Below are positions 1 to 10,237 of a stretch of 61,326 bases of DNA, one piece after another. The notes under the pieces are model-generated. The model ran no database searches and had not been told where the DNA came from. It saw only the letters and a list, made by a program, of their open reading frames with translations. The stretch is from a virus (taxonomy: Duplodnaviria > Caudoviricetes): the IMG/VR virus record IMGVR_UViG_3300027896_002454, positions 1 to 61,326 of that record. One strand, given 5' to 3'. Within the stretch, counting starts at the first letter, position 1. Each line of letters begins with the position of its first letter. The position numbers and the translations under genes are program-made.

Positions 1-2628
1 TATATATGGAATGCCATCTTTACTTATAGCTTCTTTATAAAGTTTATAAGCTTCATATTTATCTTCTAAATCTTTGAATTTTTTAAAGCTTTCTTCAAAA
101 TTCTTTAAATTTTCTTCTCTAAGTTTTATTTCAGATTTCGTATTAATTAATTCTTCATTCTTCTTGTTTAATTTTTCGTTTACTATAGCTAATTTTTTAC
201 TATTTTCTTTTAAACTTTTAACATCTTCTATCTTGTCGTTAGCTTTTTCTTTCTTTTCTTTTAATTCTGCTAATCTAACATTATATAAAAATAAGTCATC
301 TTCTGCTTGTTTAAGTTTTATGTTTGCCATTTCAAACTCTTTTTTCAAAGAAAAATCAAACATTTTTATTTTTTCGTACTTTTGTAATTCTTCTCTTTTG
401 TTTCTTAAATCTTCTGGACTATTAGCATAATTTATTAATACATTTTCTAATTCATTTATTTGTTCTTTAGCGTCATTTAACTCAGATTTTATTGTTTTTG
501 CTTCTACAAAGAATTTACAATTTTGGCAAATTTCTGTAGTTTGCATCCATATTTGCTCGTCAAATGCATTTACAGCTTTGTCATCTCTATTTAATAAAGC
601 TTTTTTATCTGCTAACTCTACAAGAAGATTATGATAGTTTTCGACATTTTTTTCTAATTTTGATATTTCATTTAATATATTCTCTTTGTTGTATTTAGCT
701 AGCTCATTCGAAACAATTTCTAATTTATTAGTTTTATTTTGGATGTCACTAGAAATTGTCTGTATATTTAAAAATTCTATATCAATTCGTTCATTTACAG
801 CTTTAATTTCGTAATCATAATCTGTTAAATCTTCTTGATTAACTTTAGATTTTAATTCAATTATTTGATGTTCTAATATAGATTTTTCATCATTTACGAA
901 TTCAATATCAAAATTTAATTCTTTTAAAATATGATTTGCTGCTTTTAATTTTCTATCATTTTCTGCTATTTGTTTAGAAAAATCTAAATCTGCGTAAACT
1001 TTTAAAGCAGATTCTAATTCTTTAGCTTCCTCTTTAACTAAATTAAACATTGATTCAAAAACGTCTAAACCGAGAAATTTAGAAAATGTTTTAATTCTAT
1101 AAGATTCTCCAGTATTTTCTACAAAATTAGTAATTTTTCCTTGTAATCCAAAAGAAGTTAAAGTTAATTCTTCATAATTACCAAACATTCTTCGTATTAA
1201 TTTATCTGTATCTGTCTTTTGTTGTTCGTTTTCTGGATCTCCGTCAATTTCATAGAATCTTAAAGTTGTACTAGATGATTTCTTTTTCTTGTCTCCTCTT
1301 ATTACAGTCCTCTCTATTTTATATCTTTTGTCTCCTATAGAAATTACTACACTTCCAATACATTCAGACTCTTTATTGTTTACTACATTATAACTCTTCT
1401 TAAATTTACTATTTTTTCCAGTAATAATATGCAAAATAGAGTCTATTATACTACTTTTGCCAGTTCTGTTTGGCGCGAATATACCAACTATACCATTATA
1501 ATTTCTAAAATCTATTTTATTATTTAACCCATAAGAAAACATATTAGATATTTCTAATTCTTCTAAATTCCAAACTACATTTCTTAAAGAAATATCAGGT
1601 ACTTTCCAATACACTTCTTTATTTATGTCAATAATTTTTCTTATTATTTCGTCTTTTACTTTATCTTTTAAATGTTCGTTTAAAAGTTTTTCAATATTCT
1701 CTAATGTCGAAACATCTTCTAATCTAGATAAGGCATTATCTTTTTCTTCTTTTTCGTCTTTATGCTTTATAACTATTTCTTCTACATTATTCCATTTTTT
1801 TCTAATGTCTGCATAAACTTTTTGTATTTCAGAAACTGTAGGACTACTTAATATAACTCTAATTCTTGGTTTTTCATTTAATTCTATATTTGGTAACTCT
1901 TGATTATTTGATAGATCTATAGTATTATAAGTCCATTTGTTATGTATAATAATAAACTTGTTAGAAAAATTAGCTAAATTCCACAATAGATATCCTTTAT
2001 CTAAACTCTCACCATAATTTTGTTGGATAAGACTACCACAATAAAAAGCTTTTCCTATTTGTTGCCTTTTATGTATATCACCACATAATGCCAAATCATA
2101 ATTATCAAATATTCTTACATTATCATCTGGTGATTTTGATACTTGTTCATTTTCGTATACAGCTCCATTTAAAGAACCATGATATAAAGCTATATAATTT
2201 CTTAATTTATCTTTATCAAAATTAATTGGAAAATTTTCTCTATCAATTAAAGAAAATATACCAAAAGCTAATGACTCATCTATGTTTATAATACCACTAT
2301 TAGTATAGTAATGAATTCTTTTAGAATTTATATTTTTAACTATTGGAGTTAAAGCGTCTAATCTACTTTTATTTATAACAACTAAATCATGATTTCCAGG
2401 AATCATGTAAACCTCTGAATGTTCAGATAACATTTTTAAAAAATCAGAAGTTAAATCTACAGATTCTGGGCTTAATGATACTTTATTATGAACTACATCT
2501 CCACAAACTACTATAATATCTGGTTTATGTTCATGAAGTGAATCATTTAATTTAGAAAATATATATTTGTATTCTTCTTTTCGTTTAAATAAACGAATTT
2601 GAATATCTGCTAAATGCGCAATTATCAT
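1..2628 (-). CDS. Fused Mre11/SbcD nuclease - Rad50/SbcC ATPase (runs off window at position 1; absent from ORF track)
   Basis: Manual translation from ATG at 2628 (ATGA overlap with primase stop): MIIAHLADIQIR, CGDVVH, PGNHD, YHG, GDIH, YCGSLIQQNYGE (metallophosphoesterase), then in the same frame ISNMFSY, GIFAPNRTGKSS (Walker A), coiled coil and CQNC zinc-hook-like motif near 517-528. Confidence 0.9.
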   Translation of the reverse strand, partial: MIIAHLADIQIRLFKRKEEYKYIFSKLNDSLHEHKPDIIVVCGDVVHNKVSLSPESVDLTSDFLKMLSEHSEVYMIPGNHDLVVINKSRLDALTPIVKNINSKRIHYYTNSGIINIDESLAFGIFSLIDRENFPINFDKDKLRNYIALYHGSLNGAVYENEQVSKSPDDNVRIFDNYDLALCGDIHKRQQIGKAFYCGSLIQQNYGESLDKGYLLWNLANFSNKFIIIHNKWTYNTIDLSNNQELPNIELNEKPRIRVILSSPTVSEIQKVYADIRKKWNNVEEIVIKHKDEKEEKDNALSRLEDVSTLENIEKLLNEHLKDKVKDEIIRKIIDINKEVYWKVPDISLRNVVWNLEELEISNMFSYGLNNKIDFRNYNGIVGIFAPNRTGKSSIIDSILHIITGKNSKFKKSYNVVNNKESECIGSVVISIGDKRYKIERTVIRGDKKKKSSSTTLRFYEIDGDPENEQQKTDTDKLIRRMFGNYEELTLTSFGLQGKITNFVENTGESYRIKTFSKFLGLDVFESMFNLVKEEAKELESALKVYADLDFSKQIAENDRKLKAANHILKELNFDIEFVNDEKSILEHQIIELKSKVNQEDLTDYDYEIKAVNERIDIEFLNIQTISSDIQNKTNKLEIVSNELAKYNKENILNEISKLEKNVENYHNLLVELADKKALLNRDDKAVNAFDEQIWMQTTEICQNCKFFVEAKTIKSELNDAKEQINELENVLINYANSPEDLRNKREELQKYEKIKMFDFSLKKEFEMANIKLKQAEDDLFLYNVRLAELKEKKEKANDKIEDVKSLKENSKKLAIVNEKLNKKNEELINTKSEIKLREENLKNFEESFKKFKDLEDKYEAYKLYKEAISKDGIPYI

Positions 2629-3584
2629 GTTAATTTAGCTTTCATTAATTCATACTTATCATCTAATAACTTTGCGCTTTTAATATTTTCTAATATTTCT
2701 TGTCTAGTCATAGATCCTGGATCTTTTTTATTTATAATTACATTGTAAACTTTTATTCCAAAACTTAAAAATTTTTCAATTATATCAAGTTGTTTTTCAT
2801 ATGCATCATTATCAAGCATTAAATAAACAGTTGTTTTATGTTGCATTATTCTATCTTTAATTACAGAAGACTCTAATGCTGTCCCTAATATTGGAATGCA
2901 ATTATAATCAACTTTTAAAGCATCAAAAACACCTTCTACTAATATTACAGGACTTTCCCAACTTATAAATAATTCATTAAATACTATTAAAGATTTTCTA
3001 ATACTTGGATTAAGGTATTTTATACCTTCTCTATATATATTTCTTGCTATAAAGAAATTTATTTTTGCGTCTATGTCAAAACTTGGTACTATAATCCTAT
3101 TTTTATATCTTCCTTCATCACAATATTTTATTTGATATTTTTCGATTAACTTATCTGTAATACCTCTAGAATTTAGATAATTTTTAAAAGGATTTAAAGA
3201 ACTTTTATTATCAAGTATATTTTTACACTCATCTGGTAATTTAATTATTTCTGGTATTGGTTCTATTATTTCAGATGTTAATGAATTTTCTATTAATGAT
3301 TTCAAATCTACGTCTAATTGCCTCTCATTAGTTAAAGCTAACCACTCATTTAATAGATTTTGATCACCAAATCGTTTTATAAGAGGAACTACAGACTTGC
3401 CAGCAAAAGCTTTACCGCAAACCCAACACTTATAATAATTTTTGTCTATATTTATCATCAACTTCTTTTTTCTATGATGACAATTTGGACAATAAAAAGC
3501 TATTTCTGGTTGTGGGTATCTATAATCGCAATCACCAAGACATGATTCTAAAACTCTTACTTTTTTATAGTAATTTTCTATCAA
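2625..3584 (-). CDS. DNA primase (Zn finger + TOPRIM)
   Basis: CPNCHH...CWVCG zinc finger, YLNSRGI, RIIVP, LVEGVFDA and LDND TOPRIM motifs. Confidence 0.9.
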   Translation of the reverse strand: MIENYYKKVRVLESCLGDCDYRYPQPEIAFYCPNCHHRKKKLMINIDKNYYKCWVCGKAFAGKSVVPLIKRFGDQNLLNEWLALTNERQLDVDLKSLIENSLTSEIIEPIPEIIKLPDECKNILDNKSSLNPFKNYLNSRGITDKLIEKYQIKYCDEGRYKNRIIVPSFDIDAKINFFIARNIYREGIKYLNPSIRKSLIVFNELFISWESPVILVEGVFDALKVDYNCIPILGTALESSVIKDRIMQHKTTVYLMLDNDAYEKQLDIIEKFLSFGIKVYNVIINKKDPGSMTRQEILENIKSAKLLDDKYELMKAKLT

Positions 3585-4086
3585 TAAGTCCTACTTTCGC
3601 CATTGTATAAGAATCACACATGTCATAAGCTTCGTTTCTAATGTTATCTTTTGTATTTTTTAACCAAAAAATTTGTGGTTCTAATTTTACAACTTCTTTG
3701 AATACTTCTTTTTTGATGTCAAGACCTCTTGCATATGATCTACTATATGCTAATCTTCTTGCAGAAGATGCTGGATAATAAGTTGGCTTTATATTCTTTA
3801 ATTCATACATCATATAACTAACAATACCATTAAATCTAGCTAATGTAGTTATAACACTAGCAGAAGAAAAACCTTCATGAAATTTCTTAGAAATATCTTC
3901 TATATAAATATATTTTATATCATAATCTCTTAAAATATCTTCAAGCATAAATTTCAAAAATCTTGCTTTTTCTAAAAGATCTTCAAATCCACCAATTGAT
4001 ATGAATCCTATTCTTTCTAGTTTTCCTTTAATATCTAATATTGTATATCCTACAACAGAAGTACTAACGTCTAATCCGAGAATCAT
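3565..4086 (-). CDS. RuvC-like Holliday junction resolvase
   Basis: ILGLDVSTS, IYIED, LARFNGIV, DMCDS RNase H-fold acidic motifs. Confidence 0.8.
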   Translation of the reverse strand: MILGLDVSTSVVGYTILDIKGKLERIGFISIGGFEDLLEKARFLKFMLEDILRDYDIKYIYIEDISKKFHEGFSSASVITTLARFNGIVSYMMYELKNIKPTYYPASSARRLAYSRSYARGLDIKKEVFKEVVKLEPQIFWLKNTKDNIRNEAYDMCDSYTMAKVGLIDRKLL

Positions 4087-4466
4087 TTATCACCCGTTAT
4101 ACTTGTTTCTACTAAAAATTTAGCATCAATTTTATTTTGCTTATCTGTCTCGTCTAAATCTCTTAATAATTTATTATAATTTTCTGATGTTAATAAATTA
4201 GCTTTTTTACTTGTTATTGTATTAGTCTGAAGTCTTTGAATAACTCCAGCTAATCTAACAAGTATTTCACTATTTTTATTAGCTGTTTGTAATAAAAAAT
4301 TTGCTTTATCCATAAGGAATATAGCATCAGGACTACCATCAAGAATTTTTTGTTTTACTAATTCGTATATTTGTAAAGCTTCTTCTCTATCTTTAACAGC
4401 ATTTTCATAAACTTTTTTCAAAACAGTATTAACATCATCATTTGTATATCCAGTTACTTCATTCAT
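4083..4466 (-). CDS. Hypothetical helical protein
   Basis: ATGA-coupled ORF in operon. Confidence 0.65.
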   Translation of the reverse strand: MNEVTGYTNDDVNTVLKKVYENAVKDREEALQIYELVKQKILDGSPDAIFLMDKANFLLQTANKNSEILVRLAGVIQRLQTNTITSKKANLLTSENYNKLLRDLDETDKQNKIDAKFLVETSITGDK

Positions 4467-4819
4467 TCTGGTCCTCTATTTGCGCCTGTTCTTACTATTC
4501 CTAAAAATGCTTTTTCTTCATCTTCGACATCGTCTGTATAAACATAATTTTTATATTCATCATATTTTGTTAAATATGAATCTAATTGAGTTTTTACATT
4601 TTTACATTGTGTCATAACATCAAAAAATATTTCATCATAAACCATTATATTAGAATTAGTTATTCTATCTATAGATGATTTAAACCCATTTATATCATCA
4701 TTAAAATTTATTATAAATTTTTCTAAATCATTAATTTTTTGATTAAATTTATAAGCAACAAAAGATGCTATTGCTGTTGCTAAACCAAATAACACTGTTA
4801 ATGTTATTAATATCCACAT
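4463..4819 (-). CDS. Hypothetical protein with N-terminal membrane anchor and coiled coil
   Basis: MWILITLTVLFGLATAIASFVAY hydrophobic N-terminus. Confidence 0.65.
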   Translation of the reverse strand: MWILITLTVLFGLATAIASFVAYKFNQKINDLEKFIINFNDDINGFKSSIDRITNSNIMVYDEIFFDVMTQCKNVKTQLDSYLTKYDEYKNYVYTDDVEDEEKAFLGIVRTGANRGPE

Positions 4820-4820
4820 A

Positions 4821-5414
4821 TTAAACCTCGTCTAAAAATGCTACTTTTAAGTCTGCAAAATGCAACATATGAGATAATTTACTCATTTTATATTTAAAAC
4901 ATATATTTTCATCTGTATAAATGCTATCATGAGCTAATATTGCTAAATATTCATCATCAGTTAAATCAATACCATAATGAGATAACAATCTAACACTTCT
5001 CTGAGCATGAGTTAAACCATCTCTAATGATAGGATTTTTAATATACATCTTTCCTAATTTATCTTTATGCCATTGACTATCATTATCTATGTAAACATCT
5101 TCACCTTTTACAGTAGTTGCTTTTCCTAAATCGTGAAATAAAGCACAAATTATAGCAGATTCTAAATTTACATCTTTATACCATATAGAGCATATTTCTA
5201 ACATGCTCTTAGCAACTAAAATTGTATGTTTTATTAATCCACCAGCAAAAGCGCTATGTTTATTTAAATCTCCTGAAGCTGGAGCTGTATAAAATTGAGT
5301 TCCAATTTTTTCTAACATCTGTAAAATCTTTTCTTTTCTATCAGATATTATATATTTTTCTATTAATTTTACTACTATTGCTGCATTATCAGCTATTTCT
5401 TGTTCAGTTAACAT
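4821..5414 (-). CDS. HD-domain phosphohydrolase
   Basis: APAS..HSAFAGGLIKH, LFHDLGK, AHD, HFAD motifs. Confidence 0.85.
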   Translation of the reverse strand: MLTEQEIADNAAIVVKLIEKYIISDRKEKILQMLEKIGTQFYTAPASGDLNKHSAFAGGLIKHTILVAKSMLEICSIWYKDVNLESAIICALFHDLGKATTVKGEDVYIDNDSQWHKDKLGKMYIKNPIIRDGLTHAQRSVRLLSHYGIDLTDDEYLAILAHDSIYTDENICFKYKMSKLSHMLHFADLKVAFLDEV

Positions 5415-6132
5415 TTATAACCCTTTCTCTTATTGTTTTACTTGCATTATATAAACTTTCAAAAGTACCAGCATCAATCCAATCTCCTTTTATTACACCA
5501 TATGTAGTATGTCCTCTTTTCATTAACTCATTATTTAAATCAGTTATTTCGTATTCTCCTCTTCCTGATGGTTGTAATTTATCAATAATTTCAAAAGCTA
5601 TTGGAGAATAAAAATATAGACCAACAACAGCATAATTTGATTTTGGTTCTTTTGGTTTTTCTTCTATTTTGATTAAGTGATTATTATCATCGAACACTGG
5701 TACTCCGAATCTTTCTGGATCATTTACTTCTTTGAAGAAAAACATAGCTTCTAATTCATCTATTCTTTTAAAAGAAGGAGGTCCAAAATGACTATTTTCA
5801 AAAATATTATCTCCTAATATAACCGCAAACTTATCTTTTCCAACAAAATTTCTTGCTAATGAAACAGCATTTGCAATTCCAATTGGTTTACTTTGATATC
5901 TATATGTTAAATCTACTCCTAAATCTTCTCCATCTTTTAACAAATTTATTACGTCTCCAATGCTATTACCACCAACTATAATTAAAATTTCAGTTATCCC
6001 AAGTTCTTTTAATGTATTAATAGGATAATAAATCATTGGTTTGTTATAAATAGGCAGGATATTTTTATTTACAACCCTTGTAAGAGGATCAAGTCTTGTA
6101 CCAAGACCTCCACTAATGACTACGCCTTTCAA
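5404..6132 (-). CDS. rfbA: Glucose-1-phosphate thymidylyltransferase (RmlA/RfbA family)
   Basis: GGLGTRLDPLT, LPIYNKPMIYYP, LGDNIF, EEKP, SGRGEYEITD, WIDAGT. Confidence 0.92.
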   Translation of the reverse strand: MKGVVISGGLGTRLDPLTRVVNKNILPIYNKPMIYYPINTLKELGITEILIIVGGNSIGDVINLLKDGEDLGVDLTYRYQSKPIGIANAVSLARNFVGKDKFAVILGDNIFENSHFGPPSFKRIDELEAMFFFKEVNDPERFGVPVFDDNNHLIKIEEKPKEPKSNYAVVGLYFYSPIAFEIIDKLQPSGRGEYEITDLNNELMKRGHTTYGVIKGDWIDAGTFESLYNASKTIRERVINVN

Positions 6133-6140
6133 TGTTCACC

Positions 6141-6644
6141 TTACCATTCCCAAAAATTACCAAAGATATTCTTTGGAATTGTTGTTTTAGTTAATTGTTC
6201 GATATAATCATCTGGCAATGTAGATTTTATATCTGGTTTTGTTGTATATCTCTGCTCTACTGGTCTTTTAAACATATCTTCTGGCTTCTTTTCTATACCA
6301 GTATCTTTTTCTATTGTTTGGACTTTATATCCAATTTTGTTTAATCTTATCATCTTTTCTGGCTTATATGTTCTATAAGCAAAGCTCAAATTATAATTTT
6401 TTATTTGTCTATCATAGAAATATTTAGGATTATCTATCATATGAATATTATATAATTCATTTCCTAATATAACTTTAAGATATGCTATTTGAGCAGCAGA
6501 AAGATAATGCAAATTTATACCATGCACTAAATTTCTATATAAATTTAGAAATAACACAACAGGCCTTTGATCTGTCCCTGACATATAGTTAAAAGTAACA
6601 ATATCTCCTCGTGTTAATTGACTTACTTCTATTTTTTCTACCAT
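6141..6644 (-). CDS. Possible T4 gp2-like DNA end protector protein
   Basis: PVVLFL..HGINLHYL..YRTY resembles the gp2 family core (recalled, not searched). Confidence 0.5.
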   Translation of the reverse strand: MVEKIEVSQLTRGDIVTFNYMSGTDQRPVVLFLNLYRNLVHGINLHYLSAAQIAYLKVILGNELYNIHMIDNPKYFYDRQIKNYNLSFAYRTYKPEKMIRLNKIGYKVQTIEKDTGIEKKPEDMFKRPVEQRYTTKPDIKSTLPDDYIEQLTKTTIPKNIFGNFWEW

Positions 6645-6645
6645 G

Positions 6646-7230
6646 TTATTTATCCCATATTATAATAAAATCACAAGATAATTTTTTACATATTTCATTT
6701 TCTCTATCTAAATCTTCAAAAACTTTTTTATCATGTGCTTTCTCATATACTTCATAGACTGTATTAGTTTCTTTACAATATCCATCAACAACATAAACTG
6801 AGATTTGATATTGTCTTAAAATTTTACAATTATCTTTTACTTCTTGTTCATCTAATAATTGCTTTTCATGTTTACCAATTTGATACCAGGCTCCAGACTC
6901 TATATTTTGTCTTATTCGCGACTCTTTTAATCTTTGTCTAATCTCTGGTCTTTTTGAAACATTTTTATCACCTAATTTATTGTCTGCCATTTTTTTAATT
7001 CTACTATCTATTTGTTTTGTCAAACCTTTCATCCATGATTTATGTCCTTTTCGACCTATAATTTTTTTATTTTTAAATTGTTTGCTAACTCTATTTCTTT
7101 CTTTTTGTGTCCAAATATGATTATGATTTTTATTAGAGATTTGACAGCTTTTTGAACAAAATTTTTGATTTTCACGCCGCCATTTAAATGGCTCTTTACA
7201 CCATAAACAAAATTTTACTTTTTCAGCCAT
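6646..7230 (-). mobile_element. Free-standing homing-endonuclease-like gene (Zn ribbon + Vsr/DUF559-like nuclease domain)
   Basis: CLWC..FCSKSC, basic linker, RQYQISVYVVDGYCKETNTVYEVYEKAH..IIIWD; start taken at MAEK. Confidence 0.75.
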
Positions 7231-7759
7231 TTTCAATCATCTCTATAAATTCTTTATATTTTTTAATTCTTGGACCTTCCCAATCTTGATTCCAAGTTCT
7301 ATCCATACAAACTGCTAATCTATTTGTTTTTGCAAATTCTTCTAAATTTTTTGTTGAATCATCTAATAAAACATCTACATTAACTTTAAATTTTTCTGAT
7401 TCAAAAATCAATTTATCATATTCTATTTCATTATTTTTCAACCATTCTAATGTATATAATTTTGTTTCTTCATTTGGTTGACTTGTAACAATAATAATTT
7501 TATGACCAGATTCTTTTAATAATTCCATAAATTCTGCAGCTTGTGGATATTGATTTGCTTTCAAATATATTTCTTTTGCATGTTCTTTAAATGCAAAATC
7601 ATAAATTTTTCCACCAATAGGAAACCAACTTTTTAGATCATATTGAGTTCTATCTAAAATTTCATGATCTGGATAGTGTTTTTTGTATACTTCTTCAACC
7701 ATTCCCATAAAATTTCTTAAGACACCATCAACATCAATTCCTAGTTTCTTCTTCTTCAC
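7223..7759 (-). CDS. 5'(3')-deoxyribonucleotidase (HAD family)
   Basis: GIDVDGVL, IVTS, LLDDS, WNQ motifs. Confidence 0.88.
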   Translation of the reverse strand: MKKKKLGIDVDGVLRNFMGMVEEVYKKHYPDHEILDRTQYDLKSWFPIGGKIYDFAFKEHAKEIYLKANQYPQAAEFMELLKESGHKIIIVTSQPNEETKLYTLEWLKNNEIEYDKLIFESEKFKVNVDVLLDDSTKNLEEFAKTNRLAVCMDRTWNQDWEGPRIKKYKEFIEMIENG

Positions 7760-8276
7760 TATTATTTTCTTTCTTATTATTGTCTATATATTGCGGTATA
7801 GTATCTTTTAATGGATGTTTCTTATAATTCATACCAGAATGATCTGTAGCATAAATTATAGCATCAGATTCCATTGGTAAAATATCATGAAATGCTTCAT
7901 AAAAATCATCATCATTTAATGGCTTTATTCTATCTATTAATTTCTTTAATTCAATAGAATCTTCTTGATTATGTGTTGCCATTTCTAATTCTGGAATATT
8001 TTTTTGCATAAAATGTCTAAATTCATGCATAAAACTCCATTTTATTTGTCTTAATGTAGTCTTTGGAATTATTTTAATATGCATAGTATTTTCATCTGGA
8101 ACGAATTTACTATGCTCAAAATGATCTTGTTCTTCATCGTATTCAGATATAGACACTATAACATGAATAGGATATCTATCTTTAGGTATTCTATCAATAT
8201 CTCTTTTTATTTCTTTAATCCATTTATTAAATGGAATTTTTAATCCAGACTCATTTTTTATTTCAAGATATTTCAT
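7734..8276 (-). CDS. Putative zincin metallopeptidase
   Basis: FMHEFRH (HExxH) with downstream PMESDA. Confidence 0.6.
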   Translation of the reverse strand: MKYLEIKNESGLKIPFNKWIKEIKRDIDRIPKDRYPIHVIVSISEYDEEQDHFEHSKFVPDENTMHIKIIPKTTLRQIKWSFMHEFRHFMQKNIPELEMATHNQEDSIELKKLIDRIKPLNDDDFYEAFHDILPMESDAIIYATDHSGMNYKKHPLKDTIPQYIDNNKKENNSEEEETRN

Positions 8277-9172
8277 TCTATTTTACCTGGTTTTAGAGTG
8301 AAATTTTCGTCACTTTTAAATGCTGGCAATTCTAACAAACCTTTTGCAAAATTTTCTGCTTTCCAAGCTACTAATTCATTTATTTGTTTATTTGTTTCAA
8401 GCTTTTTTGGCAATTCAAATCTTATAACATATCCATATTTATTAAATGACTTATCTGCTGTTTGAAATGATTTATGAGAAACATCACTTGGTGTCGGATC
8501 ATCTTCATTTTCTTCTGATCCTCTAATAAAAATACTTCTATAGTGTTTTTGATTTAAATAAGCTATTTTTGGTTCTCCCCAATCCCAAAGTGGATATGCT
8601 CTAAAAAATGTTGGATTATTTTCTATCTTCTTTTTAAGTGTTTCTACTTGATCAAACACATAGCTTTTACCAAATTTTTTACCAACATCTTTCAAAAACG
8701 CTAATATATTTTCTGGAGCTTCTAGATAGTCTTTATATCGATCTCTTTTATATTGAACTGGTTTATGTTTATTAACAAATTGTTGAGTTGGTATAAAATA
8801 GAAAAATACTTCAAATTCTAAAGTATATGGTTTTGGACCCTTATTCAATACATATCCGTGTATTGTAACATCTTTCTTTATTGGTCTAACTACTGTAACA
8901 TAATCTGCTTCTTCTTTTTCTCTTTTATCAGATAATTTTTTATAAGCAGAAGTGTCTAATGGATTCTCAAATTTAGTAGTATCATCATCTTTATCAATAT
9001 AGCTTTTAATGCTTGGTTGTGGTATATCTTTTTCGTCTCCTGGGTCATATTCATCTTTTGGTAACTCTGGAGATTCTACATCATCTTCTTCGTCGTCATC
9101 TTTAACTTGTTCAAACAAATATTTCGGCAATAATTTCTTTAAACTAAATTTAGCCATTTCTATACTCTTCAA
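8273..9172 (-). CDS. Hypothetical protein with acidic N-terminal region (possible virion protein)
   Basis: 299-aa ORF coupled to neighbours; D/E-rich tract. Confidence 0.6.
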   Translation of the reverse strand: MKSIEMAKFSLKKLLPKYLFEQVKDDDEEDDVESPELPKDEYDPGDEKDIPQPSIKSYIDKDDDTTKFENPLDTSAYKKLSDKREKEEADYVTVVRPIKKDVTIHGYVLNKGPKPYTLEFEVFFYFIPTQQFVNKHKPVQYKRDRYKDYLEAPENILAFLKDVGKKFGKSYVFDQVETLKKKIENNPTFFRAYPLWDWGEPKIAYLNQKHYRSIFIRGSEENEDDPTPSDVSHKSFQTADKSFNKYGYVIRFELPKKLETNKQINELVAWKAENFAKGLLELPAFKSDENFTLKPGKIE

Positions 9173-9686
9173 TAAATTTCATTAATTCATCACCCGGACA
9201 AACTGGTTTATCTTGCAATTCTCTATGTCCATAGATTTCTTTATTCGTTACTCTAGTTAATAATTCTTTTGTAAGATAATCTAATAATTTCTTAAGGCTA
9301 TCTAATTGATCTTTATTTGGTTTTTTATTTTTACCTTTATGTTTTGCGTCTACAGAATCAAAATCACCTTGTAACATTATTCCAATAGAAACTGTATTAT
9401 AATTTTTAACATGCCACGTAACATCATCTAATTCATTACATTGACATATTTCACCATTTTTTCTTATAGCAAAATGATAACAAATATGCGGAGCACCATT
9501 TTTATCTAAATGATTATCTTCTGCTGGAGTTATATGATAATTATTTACAGATTCTATAGTTCCATCTGCTAATTCTTGATGAACTACAATCTTACTTATC
9601 TTAGATATAATTCTTTTATTCCATCGTCTTTTTGGATCTTTGTTATATGGAAGAATTTTTATTAAATCTTTAATGTCTAATTTCAA
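9150..9686 (-). CDS. N-acetylmuramoyl-L-alanine amidase (Amidase_2 / T7 lysozyme-like endolysin)
   Basis: IVVHQ, ICYHFAI, WHVKNYN..SIGI, GHREL..CPG Zn-amidase motifs. Confidence 0.9.
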   Translation of the reverse strand: MKLDIKDLIKILPYNKDPKRRWNKRIISKISKIVVHQELADGTIESVNNYHITPAEDNHLDKNGAPHICYHFAIRKNGEICQCNELDDVTWHVKNYNTVSIGIMLQGDFDSVDAKHKGKNKKPNKDQLDSLKKLLDYLTKELLTRVTNKEIYGHRELQDKPVCPGDELMKFIEEYRNG

Positions 9687-10030
9687 TGGGGTCCGTCCTT
9701 TTCATCATCTGAAACTTCAATATCAGTGATATTTTGCGAAAGCAAATTCAACTTTGTTACTATATATTGTTTTCCAATTATATATCCAAGCAATGAAAGA
9801 CCAACTGTCCACCAAGCAAGTGGAAGGCCTGCAATTACAACAATATCATGAGTCATCAACGAATCTCTAACTATCCAGCAAGTTAAATAGAACCAAACTA
9901 TAAATGATGTTCTACCTAAACTAAATTTCTGTCCATTATGACTTTCATAAAATATGTCAGTTAACAGCTTGGTTATCGCTCGAAATAGATGAGTCAACCA
10001 ATGGAATCTCACTTTGCTCTTTAATGTCAT
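9683..10030 (-). CDS. Holin-like membrane protein
   Basis: Two hydrophobic segments after SLGR; immediately upstream of amidase. Confidence 0.5.
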   Translation of the reverse strand: MTLKSKVRFHWLTHLFRAITKLLTDIFYESHNGQKFSLGRTSFIVWFYLTCWIVRDSLMTHDIVVIAGLPLAWWTVGLSLLGYIIGKQYIVTKLNLLSQNITDIEVSDDEKDGPH

Positions 10031-10223
10031 TGTTTTCCTCTTTTATATCAACATATTTTGCATCAATTATATGTTGACAAAAATAATAGATACCATCTTT
10101 ATGCAAAACAACATTAGAACCTGTATTAAATTTTATCTTTTCGACTAATTCTTTATTATCAAAGACTTTATATCTTCTATTTATTACAAATTTTTCGTTA
10201 TTAAAATCAATAATTTCTATCAT
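9957..10223 (-). CDS. Hypothetical protein
   Basis: ORF in operon. Confidence 0.6.
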   Translation of the reverse strand: MIEIIDFNNEKFVINRRYKVFDNKELVEKIKFNTGSNVVLHKDGIYYFCQHIIDAKYVDIKEENNDIKEQSEIPLVDSSISSDNQAVN

Positions 10224-10237
10224 AAATAAATATTGTT

